Source: a virus (Duplodnaviria; Caudoviricetes). Taken from it: a stretch of DNA of 64,000 nucleotides. The notes below the pieces were generated by a model that saw only the letters and a list, made by a program, of their open reading frames with translations, was not told the origin of the DNA and made no database searches. The stretch spans positions 543 to 64,542 of the IMG/VR virus record IMGVR_UViG_3300002220_000024; one strand, written 5' to 3'. The position numbers and the translations under genes are program-made. Shown piece by piece: positions 52,912 to 62,683 of this stretch. How positions within the stretch are numbered: position 1 is the stretch's first letter; the number at the start of each line of letters is the position of its first letter.

Positions 52912-53154
52912 TTAATGTCCGTAATTAAAACCATACATCAAAACAGAACCATCAGACATTGTAAATTCAATATCTAATTCACCACAACAACCTCTTTCTC
53001 GAAGTTTTTCATATTCATTAACAGAGTCAATATCACCCTTAATAGCATAACGAAAATTATCACTATACTCAAATATAATTTCATTAGGATCGTTTTCAAT
53101 CCACCAAAGAACAACTGCTTTCTTTTGTTCTTGTCTTAAGTTTTCGTACTGCAT
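52912..53154 (-). CDS. Hypothetical protein
   Basis: ORF track. Confidence 0.55.
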   Translation of the reverse strand: MQYENLRQEQKKAVVLWWIENDPNEIIFEYSDNFRYAIKGDIDSVNEYEKLRERGCCGELDIEFTMSDGSVLMYGFNYGH

Positions 53155-53337
53155 AATTTTTTGTTTCGTCGCAATAAAGTCTTGTTTGTTTAGCTTTTAC
53201 CTAAAACCCATTCAAGTATTTTAATTCTTTCTTTCCAATAATCAATATTATCGTTTTGACAACCGCAAACACAATAAGAGTCAAAGAAAAACTGAAGTTG
53301 TTCTTTAGCAATATTTAGTTCTTTCTCAATTTCTTCT

Positions 53338-53808
53338 TCACTTCTCATAAGACAAGCATCCTTCATCTAAACATACAAAATTGTGATCTTTATCATATCC
53401 AAAATTACCACCATGAATATCATAAAGTGTATAATTCAAACCGCACAACTCTTTTTCATATTCTGAAATATTATCATAAAAATCGTGATTCTCAATCTTT
53501 TTTCTTAGATACTCAAAATATGGCCCATGTTGTTTATTTCCTTCCCATTTATGATCAAGACATAAAACTTTTTCAACAATCAAATAAAAATAAATATCAT
53601 GTTGAAAATTAGCAATCATCTTGGGTAATAGTTTTCTATCATCAAGATCATTGTGTTTTTTAACATCTGAATCAAACCTACGTTTATGAGATATAGTATC
53701 TTTATATCTTTTGATGACCATATCCCCAACAATGAATACATCATAATATCCATTACCAGAAGATTTTTCTTCTTCGTCAATCTTTGACAGAATTTCTTCA
53801 AAAACCAT
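53338..53808 (-). CDS. Minimal protein-kinase-like fold protein
   Basis: Gly loop SSGNGY, VIK, catalytic DIHGGN, metal-binding LDEG. Confidence 0.6.
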   Translation of the reverse strand: MVFEEILSKIDEEEKSSGNGYYDVFIVGDMVIKRYKDTISHKRRFDSDVKKHNDLDDRKLLPKMIANFQHDIYFYLIVEKVLCLDHKWEGNKQHGPYFEYLRKKIENHDFYDNISEYEKELCGLNYTLYDIHGGNFGYDKDHNFVCLDEGCLSYEK

Positions 53809-53955
53809 TAGATTTTACCTTTTTTAACTAACAATCCAAGAAATGTTTCATTCTGAACAATAAGACAAGAGAAAAAGAAAGATATTCCATAACTCTTGAT
53901 AATGAAGTGGCTATTAAATAGCACTTCCTTCTTTGTAATAAAACCAGACATAGAT

Positions 53956-54647
53956 TTAACCTAAAATCTTTCTTACTCTGGCGGATTGTTCTTTATTGAG
54001 AATACAAAGTTTTAGATAGTCACTTTCATAAAACTTTACAGAAACATCACTATCAAAAGTGATATCTGTATAATAATCATTAATTTTGTCGTGCATCACA
54101 GCACAACTATTAGAAAGACTATCTTTTAAGTGACTAACAAAAGAATTTTCTTCAATTGTTTCGCAGTCATTACAAATCTCAACAACATCTAAATACTGTT
54201 GAGTTTGAATAGGAAGATCATTACAAGTGAATTCAATCATTTTTACTTCAATGTAAGAGATAACATCAGAATCTGGATCAAATTTATAACACATTCTCTT
54301 TATTTCATAAGCTATTTCATCGTTATACGATTTAGCCTCTGAAATATTCTTTGTCCAAACCGGGATTACTCCAAGTTCAAACCTAACAAAATATTCATCA
54401 TTCTTTTTAAGATAAAACATTAAACAATCTCAATTTTATTGACAATCATAAATTCTGTATCAGGAACAGAATCAAGTTCAACTTCAATCCAGTGCATTTC
54501 TTTCAATTCATAAACCTTATCACCAAAGAAGTACATAGTTTCTTCTTCAATTTGATAATTATAAAGACCAACCCAAAGATTTTTACTATCCATTGGTAAT
54601 CCAATAGAACTAATCTTTTGACCAGAAGAAAGAATCAAAGTAATCAT
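53956..54647 (-). other. Two hypothetical CDS (53956-54420, 54420-54647)
   Basis: ORF track. Confidence 0.55.
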
Positions 54648-54691
54648 TTTTCTACTTTCAGGTTTGCGGGATAAACTAGCGGACAGCCTGC

Positions 54692-54720
54692 ATTTTAGCA
54701 GGCGTTTATTCAGTAGTCAA
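54692..54720 (-). promoter_or_regulatory. Promoter module P13
   Basis: TTGACT-ACTGAATAAACGCCTGC(17)-TAAAAT. Confidence 0.8.
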
Positions 54721-54739
54721 CCATCAGACTAAAAATCGT

Positions 54740-56101
54740 TCAAGATTTTTGATACTTGTGGTAAAGATAATGTTTCTTCATCATGTTTATACCAGATTCA
54801 ATATCATGAAACTTACATTCCAATTGCTTAGAATAAAGATAATTTAATATTATACCTAAATCTTTTCCTTCTGGGATGTATTGTAAAATATCTTTACCAG
54901 AAACAATTTTCTTAGGCTTCTCATTTTGAACACCAAGTTCAATAGCAATTTCAAGCATTTTTCTTGCTTTTTCCGGCATTTTCTTTTCTTTTGGCGGTCT
55001 TCCACTATGATCAGCTTCAATTAATAAAACAAGATCAAGAATACTTGCTTTACCAATTTTAACAGATAGTCTATTAACGCTTCTTTTAGAAGCATCATTA
55101 AGATGAACCATATGGTTTTCAACCAAAGGAACAACCTTTTCAATAATTTCATTAGGACATTTAATCCTATTTAAAAAACTTCTAGTTAATGGTCCACCTT
55201 CAACATCATGAGAAGGAGCAGAAATTCTACCTTTTCTATAAACAGTAGTAGTTGCTTTACCTAAATCATGACATAAAGCAGCAAGAATTAAGATTAACTT
55301 TCTTTCACCAGAAATATTCTCTCTTAAACAAATATCATTCATTGCATTTACAACATAACAAGTATGAGTATAAACACAACCTTCAGGATGGAATTCTAAT
55401 TCTTGTGGAACTCCAAGAATATCTCTTAACTCAGGAAAATTATCAATCCAATGAGTCATAACCAAAAAATCAAGACCAGCTTTATGATTTGTACTCTTTA
55501 AAGCCCATTTCTTGAATTCTTCCCAGAATCTTTCTTTAGATAGAGAAGAAAAACTATCCTTAATATTTTTACATAAACGAATAGTAGAAATATCTGCAAT
55601 CAAATCAAAACGACCACAGAATTGAAAACCTCTTAATACTCTAAGAGGATCATCAGAAAAATATTCTGAAGTATGTCTTAAAATCTTTTTATTAAGATCA
55701 TCAATACCATTGAAAGGGTCAACAACATTACCATCTTCGTCTTTACTAATAGAATTAAAAGTAAAATCTCTTCTTTTTGCTGCTTCTTCAATAGTCATAG
55801 TTGAATCAACAACAACTTCAAAGTCTTTGTGACCAACACCAATTTTACTATCTCTTCTTGGCAGAGAGAAGTCATAATCATTATCATTTGTAGTTAATTT
55901 AATAACACCAAAAGATTGACCAACAACATCTACCTTACCAAACTCAGAAAGAATTTTAATTAGTTTTTGAATATCAACATTGAATACTTCAATATCAATA
56001 TCTTTGTTTTCAATACAAAGAATTTCATCCCTTACACAACCACCAACAAAGTAAGATCTACCACCAACTTCATTGATTTTTTCAAGAATGTTTTTGATCA
56101 T
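54740..56101 (-). CDS. cca: CCA-adding tRNA nucleotidyltransferase with HD domain
   Basis: VGGCVRD..DIDIE, RRDFT.N, DDPLRVLRG, HPEG....H, LCHDLGK. Confidence 0.9.
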   Translation of the reverse strand: MIKNILEKINEVGGRSYFVGGCVRDEILCIENKDIDIEVFNVDIQKLIKILSEFGKVDVVGQSFGVIKLTTNDNDYDFSLPRRDSKIGVGHKDFEVVVDSTMTIEEAAKRRDFTFNSISKDEDGNVVDPFNGIDDLNKKILRHTSEYFSDDPLRVLRGFQFCGRFDLIADISTIRLCKNIKDSFSSLSKERFWEEFKKWALKSTNHKAGLDFLVMTHWIDNFPELRDILGVPQELEFHPEGCVYTHTCYVVNAMNDICLRENISGERKLILILAALCHDLGKATTTVYRKGRISAPSHDVEGGPLTRSFLNRIKCPNEIIEKVVPLVENHMVHLNDASKRSVNRLSVKIGKASILDLVLLIEADHSGRPPKEKKMPEKARKMLEIAIELGVQNEKPKKIVSGKDILQYIPEGKDLGIILNYLYSKQLECKFHDIESGINMMKKHYLYHKYQKS

Positions 56102-56140
56102 TTTATTCTTTTAGCAAGAGTTAACGAACGAACAACACAC

Positions 56141-56169
56141 AGTATAACGTGTGTTCATTCATTAGTCAA
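56141..56169 (-). promoter_or_regulatory. Promoter module P14
   Basis: TTGACT-AATGAATGAACACACGT(17)-TATACT upstream of cca. Confidence 0.75.
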
Positions 56170-56473
56170 CCACTCAACCAACAATCGAGCAACCTTTCTT
56201 TAACCACTACGGAAATACTTGTATTATATCCGTTTTAAAAACACTTTCAAGCAAAAAGAGGAGAAAATTATTTTTATTTCGAGGTTCTCTAAAACGCTCT
56301 CTAACGCATTGTAAAGCAAACTTGATTCATTACACCTAGAATCAGTTTAATCGCTTTACATTGGATTTTAGCAGCATTATCAGCTATCCCAAAAGATAGC
56401 TTTCAAGAAGTAGACAAAAGTAAACAAGAGCACCAATTCTACCATAATTATTTAACCCAAGACAAAATTTTTA

Positions 56474-57926
56474 TTAAACCAAAACACAATCAGTAATATC
56501 TTTAGCAAACTCTTTAATAAAACCAATTTGATTTTGGTCTCTTACACAATATTCATCAGGACAATCATAGACTTTTAACTCAAAACCACAAATATTAAAC
56601 ATATATCTAATATCATCACTAAACCACAATAATGTTTCTTCTTTTGATTCACAACCAAAGAAAAATCTTCCAAATCCACCAAACCCCATATATAAATTTC
56701 TTTTTGGAGTTGGATGAATAGAAAAATCAAGGTGATTACCTATCATTTCTATGAGTTCTTGTTGTTCGTCTGTTAATTCCGTAAGATAATTTTCAAAAGT
56801 AAAAGGACCAAAACCATTCTCATGTTCATAACGATAAATGATCATCTTCTTAATCTTTTCTTTGTGGCTTCAATCAAAAATCCTACCCATACAATTATGA
56901 GTAGGATAAAATATATTCTTACCTTAATGCCTATTTCGTGGCACCCAGATATAATACATTACTATTTCAAAATCACCATCTTTGATTGAAAATTCTTCAC
57001 GTTCCTTTTTTCCAATCAAACATTCGGGATTATCATACCCTAATTGAATTTTAACGTTATCACCATTCCAAATTTCAGTTACAATCTGTTTAATCATTTT
57101 CAATACTCAGTAGGGACACAAAAAACTTTTTTAACACTAAAATAATTACTAATTCTTAAAACGAGACTTTGACCAAATCATAGAATTGTCGCAGAATTTA
57201 ACTCCACGAAAACCCTGCTCACTATAAAATCCAATAATCTTTGCTTGACTATCAATCAATTCAAGCATCCTTAAGAAATCATCCATAATTAAGATTCTTT
57301 CATCAATTCCTTTATCAAAAGCATATGCTTCAATAGAATCTTCGTTTTGAACTAACAACAAATCATGTTCAGTTTCAAAGTTTTGATCAAAACCAATGAA
57401 AACACGACCATCAACCTTAAAACTTCTCATTATACATCCACATGATATGCGTGGAATTTTCCAGTAATTTCTTGAAGCTTTTTACATCTTTTAATAACTT
57501 GTTCTTCAGTCATATGAAAAACAATAGGCTTATCAAAATAAGCCGGAGTTTCAATACTATTGTCACAATCAAAATATTCTAGATCCATATGAATGTAATA
57601 CATATTTGTTTCTGGACAATATATTCTGAAGTAATCATAAGAACTAATCATTCTACAACCTTTTTAATATCAGAAATATCGCAATTACTTCTTACAGTAA
57701 GAATAACAGCAGGAATATATTCATTCCTAGCATAAGGTTCTAAAACTACTTCGCGAGTAAAAAACCCACGAATAGTATCAATCCATTGTTCATCATTATG
57801 ACAAACTAAGATCTTTTGGCCAATCTTCATTTTACTTTCCGGTCTTTTCTTTGATGAATTCTTCTGCAATCTCAAAACCAAATTCACCATATTTTGCCAA
57901 CAATTCTTTCCTTCCCAAATCTCCAT
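56474..57926 (-). other. Hypothetical CDS (56474-56845, 57149-57430, 57430-57651, 57648-57926)
   Basis: ORF track. Confidence 0.55.
56875..56907 (-). terminator. Rho-independent terminator
   Basis: Minus strand ATCCTAC-T-CATA-ATTG-TATG-G-GTAGGAT followed by a T tract. Confidence 0.6.
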
Positions 57927-58046
57927 GACCTTGAAGTAACATCAAAGCCATTTCCATAACAATCTTTTCTGCCAAACTCTTTACTGGATCAATTCCGTTA
58001 TTCATTATAAACTCATTTCGTGGTTGAAAACCGCAGCACGACCCGC

Positions 58047-58075
58047 ATTATAGTCTATGACCATTTAGTAGTCAA
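58047..58075 (-). promoter_or_regulatory. Promoter module P15
   Basis: TTGACT-ACTAAATGGTCATAGAC(17)-TATAAT. Confidence 0.85.
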
Positions 58076-58145
58076 CCACGTAACCAAAAATCGTTCAACA
58101 GTTTTCCAGAAGGCGTTTCAATCGCAAATCTGCGTTGTTTAAGTT

Positions 58146-60876
58146 TTACTTCTTTAATATCTTCCTAAGAGGATAAAACATAATCTTATTAAAGGTATCT
58201 ACATCAAAATATAATATTGACATAACAAAAAAACTAATAGGCCATAAAAATACCCCCCAAAGCCATTCCACTATATCAACATTAAAATAATCATTTACCC
58301 AGGCCCAAAAACAAACATTCAAATACCCAATAAAAAGGTAAATAAGAATATAAGTTATAATCATAGATTCTCCAAACAATTTTCTTTAATTAGTGTTACA
58401 AAAGCTGTAGATGATGTCTTTATATCTTGCACAAAATAAATCCGATCACAAGGACTCTTAACACAAAGAGCATTATTATTAACTAATTTAATATATTCAA
58501 ATGAATTGTGACCATCCTTAATGTCTATGTTAAAAACAAATTTATCTCCAACATTCAAATCATTAAATGTTTTTCGTGGCGCCGGATTACAAACCGACCA
58601 TTTGGTAATATAAAGTTTCTTTATTTCCACATCACAATTATATTCTTCTGCTAATTCTTTAGCAATTGATTCAACAACCCTTATTGATTCAATAGCTCCT
58701 ACATCAATCCAATCAATAACCCTTGGTGTAGAACTAAAATGTCTAATAGCATTAGTTCTGCCACAATAATAACCTTTATCCTGAATATAAATACAATACA
58801 TATCATTTTCCCTTTTTAAGTCTTTCGGACCACAAACAAACTTTAATAAAAATCTACATTTGAAACGGTTTTTGATTCAATACCTAACGCAGCCCAATTC
58901 TTTTTATTATTCCTTGTTCTTGCAGGATTATTTGAGTCTTTCATTTTAATTAACATAACTCTGCATTTAGTACTAAGATAAGTAGATACAATTCTATCAT
59001 CAGCTAGTTTAGTGCCTATAATCCAAAATTTGTTTTCATCTATAGATATGCTAACAACCTTTCCAGCAAAGAATTCATCATTATGATTAAGACCAATAAT
59101 ATCTCCATATTCAAGACTAGAAGCAAAACAACTTAACATAATATACAATCCTAATAAAAGAGTAAAAGCTAATTGAAAGCTAATTGAGTGAGAACAACCT
59201 TAAAACCACAAGAAAAAGTTTAGTAATTAAACGTAATATTTGTTTTTGTGGGCAGAATTACACATAATACTAGGAAAATGAATACTATTTTAGTGTGGAA
59301 AATCTATATCTAGTGAACAATCATCGTTTTTTACTACATATAGAAAGGAGAATAATACAGAGCAAAATAATCGTTTTATGTAATAATCCCTATAGAAGAA
59401 TAAATTAAACACTTAAATAAAAACAAAACAATAAGAGAGCAGATAGGAAAACAACTAATTTTTGGCCAATTTTGTGAAAGTCGTCCAAAATTAATAAGAT
59501 TTCAACCCTTTTTCATCATTTTTTAACAACTTTTCATCAATTTTTGATAAATATCTTCCAAATTTTACAAAACTAACCTTCAAAACAAGCAAAAATCATC
59601 CAAAAACAGACAAAAAATCACTATCTTTCATCTGTTTGAAAAAAGTTGATGTTTACCGGGATCAAAACCTATTCACTCTTATAAGAAAGTTGCTATATTT
59701 TTTACAAGCTCAAACCTATCAGACTAAATAGGGTAAAAACACTCCTAAAAGACCCAAAACAATAACAATACAAATTGCAATCACAAAATCATCTTTCATA
59801 GCTTACCTTTTTTTAAATTCTTTTTCGGGTCACAAAAATCAATCAATCAAAATACTGTTCAACAATATCAAAAACAGTTTCATCAATAAAAGAGTAAAAG
59901 GTAGAAAACCCACCAAACTCTATTTCTAATCCTTTTTGTTCAAGAGGATTATCAGTATAATAGCAAGACAAGAATACATATCTTACCAACGCAATAAGAG
60001 TTTCCTTATCATAAGCAGTTCCAATATTCATTCCATTACTTGTGATTTTATAACCGTTCATTTTTTTCTCTTCTTTTTGTGATTCTTCAAGAATATTACA
60101 TAATTCGTCCATTACCATAAAACTATAAATATTTCCAATACATTCCTTTGCTGTTTTTGGAGCCGTTAAGCATTTCACTTCTCTATTACCAACCTTTTCA
60201 TAAGACCAATAATAGTTTCCATCCTTAACACTCTCGTCAAAATTAAAAACAAACTTCTGACCAATAACAACTTCTGAAAACTTCATCTGTATTCTTTCTT
60301 TTAAGATTTTCTTTCGGGCCACAAAAACAACTAAAACACTATTCACAACAAGATTCATTCACATAAGAATGATTAAACATTAAACCACACTTTTTATATT
60401 CTTTCTCCCATTGTTCATCTGTTCCACTTTTCATTACAATAGAACAAAATGGTTCAACTTCATTCTTTTTTACTTCTTCAACAAAAGCATACATTCCTGT
60501 AGCAGCAGAATATTCTCTATAACTAGGATCATAAGAGAAATCACTTTCAATAGTGATATATTCATTTCCTTCTGCAACAACTAAGTAATTAAATCCATTG
60601 TATTTAACAACTTCAGAACCAATAACAAAACCATCTTTGTTTTCACTGTTGAACATTTTTATTCTCTTTCTTTTTGTGGGGTGATTAAAATTGACCAAAC
60701 ATTAAAACAATCTGTTTGTTAATTTCTTCTTCTAATTTTTCCTTTATTGGACACATTTTCTTAACCTTTACACCATTAAAATTAACAGTGTAAAACAATG
60801 TTCCCATCTTATTTTCTACAACATCAACAATGATGTCTTGATTCAACTTCTTATGATTAATAATAATTGTTGTCAT
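58146..60876 (-). other. Small hypothetical CDS (58146-58379 membrane, 58361-58801, 58843-59148, 59719-59799 26-aa TM peptide, 59843-60286, 60339-60698, 60685-60876)
   Basis: ORF track plus manual translation. Confidence 0.5.
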
Positions 60877-60918
60877 TATCGTTGTCCAAAACCGAGGTAA
60901 TTTTCCGCCGCGACCCCC

Positions 60919-60947
60919 AGTTTACACGATTTTCATTCAGTAGTCAA
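60919..60947 (-). promoter_or_regulatory. Promoter module P16
   Basis: TTGACT-ACTGAATGAAAATCGTG(17)-TAAACT. Confidence 0.8.
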
Positions 60948-61013
60948 CTATACAACCAAAATTCGTTCAAGAAAAAGGAAAGAAGATATACAACATTTAT
61001 TCAAAATAAAGAC

Positions 61014-61042
61014 TTGACTCCCACCAAAATGCCCGTTATAAT
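61014..61042 (+). promoter_or_regulatory. Lone plus-strand sigma-70 consensus promoter, divergent from P16
   Basis: TTGACT-CCCACCAAAATGCCCGT(17)-TATAAT with an A-rich upstream region. Confidence 0.7.
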
Positions 61043-61245
61043 GTGTCCGAGTCTATTTAATTTTACAAACAATAAAAGCCAAACTATTTCTAGTCTGGCT
61101 CTAAAGAATATAATAGGGAAAAAGATTAATATCCCATTAAAAACCTAATTAAGACAAGAAACAAACATAAAAAACCTACCACTACCACCAAAGCAAAAAT
61201 ATCAGAAGCTTTATTAACAATCATCATTCAATCCACAAAAAGAGT

Positions 61246-62488
61246 TTAGTAACCTAACCAAGCCAAAACAACATTTCTTTCCGGCTTCAATTCAACCCAT
61301 TCTTGAAAATGTTTTCCATCCTTAGAATAACATTCAACAGCCATCAATTTTCCATTCTCAATTTTACATTCAATATTATGTAAGAGGAGAAGGTTTATTA
61401 ATTTATTCATAATCAAAACCACAAAAGAAAAACAACTAACACCAAGGCCAGATAAAACAATTTCTACCTGGCCACAAAATTATCTTCAATCAATACTGTT
61501 CAGAAACATTCTTCTTGGATTTATCATCCATAGAATAAATAATAGCACCAAGATAACCTTTCAACAAATCAAATTTATCCCTGTAGAAATTATAATCATC
61601 CCAATTACCTTGTTCTACGGAACAATCAATACCATTTTTACAATGTTCAATTCTGCCACAAACATAATTAATCATTTTGTTGTGGTTTCGATCCTTCATC
61701 ATAAACTTTTCAGGATCAACCATTTGAGTAATCATTTCATCATTCACCAGAGTCTCAATCAACATCTTACCATTAGTAAGATAGGCTTTAATCCAACCAA
61801 AAAACATTCCATTGTTTCTATGTCGAACCTTTGTTCCAATTGCGGTTTCATTCACAACAACAGGAGCAAAACCAGACTTAACAGCGAAATTGAAATTAAT
61901 CATTCTTCTTCTCTTTTCTTAGGGTTTTAAAACAAACAACTGATCTAAATATTAATCCTCAATAACTTCTTTCAGAACAACATACTGTTCTTGAGTGATA
62001 TAATTATCACGAAGCAATTGAAGAAGATCAGAAACGCACTTCGTTTGCATTTTAACAAGCCTGGTTTTCATCTTCATAATGTCAGATACCTTATCAGACA
62101 ACTCTTTCATCAATTCTTTCTTGAGGAGTTCTTCTTGAAGTTCACACATATCATTCAAAAACAAATCAGCCATTGAATTACGGCTTGATTCAAGAGCCAT
62201 TTTAGTTTCAATGATCAAAGATCGAGTCAACATTTTAATAACTTTCAAAGAGGTGAACAAAACAACAACAGAGAGAACTATCTAGTTCTTATACACAGTG
62301 TGAGTAAAACAAATTCCTTTAACCCACACAAACCTAAAACCTAAACCAAACATTCTTCCAGCGACACCATATTCTCCATTCTTAAACAGAACAGCAATTC
62401 TTCCAAAGAAATTAACACCATGAGAGATTTTCTTGATCATTTTTCTAACTTTCAAAAGAGTGAAAACCACACCAACAAAAACCACCAA
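61246..62488 (-). other. Small hypothetical CDS (61246-61410 54 aa, 61490-61903, 61952-62260, 62282-62488)
   Basis: ORF track plus manual translation. Confidence 0.5.
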
Positions 62489-62496
62489 CAGCCCAC

Positions 62497-62525
62497 ATTA
62501 TACACTCTGACCATTTAGTAGTCAA
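62497..62525 (-). promoter_or_regulatory. Promoter module P17
   Basis: TTGACT-ACTAAATGGTCAGAGTG(17)-TATAAT. Confidence 0.85.
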
Positions 62526-62555
62526 CCATGCAATCATTATTTATTCATTATTGTG

Positions 62556-62624
62556 CGGCTCGGAGACACCCCCTGGTTATGGTGGAGCTTACCAACACAC
62601 CCGCCAGAGGGGGTCGCCGATCCG
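62556..62624. other. GC-rich long hairpin (structured RNA, terminator or DNA cruciform)
   Basis: CGG-C-TCGG-A-GAC-A-CCCCCTGG pairs with CCAG-A-GGGGGTC-G-CCGA-T-CCG; inner TGGT/ACCA stem. Confidence 0.6.
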
Positions 62625-62683
62625 ATTGTTTTTAATATTACAATAGTTTAATCATTTTTGGTGTAATTATATTTAGATCATCA

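Noticed and set aside
53904-53927. Hairpin GAAGT-G-GCTAT-TAA-ATAGC-ACTTC as a terminator
   Set aside because: No U tract on the coding strand and no second copy; function unsupported
19367-62176. Plus-strand ORFs antisense to real genes (19367, 24404, 28757, 31095, 36583, 37555, 41711, 42868, 46341, 47243, 53427, 55252, 55967, 60867, 61610, 61991)
   Set aside because: They overlap well-supported or co-oriented minus-strand CDS, lack RBS or motifs, and have the composition expected of reverse-frame shadows
9709-62525. CRISPR array or integron attC array from the recurring TAGTCAAC repeats
   Set aside because: Copies are mostly kilobases apart, non-palindromic, and each resolves into a -35/-10 promoter; no cas gene or integrase seen
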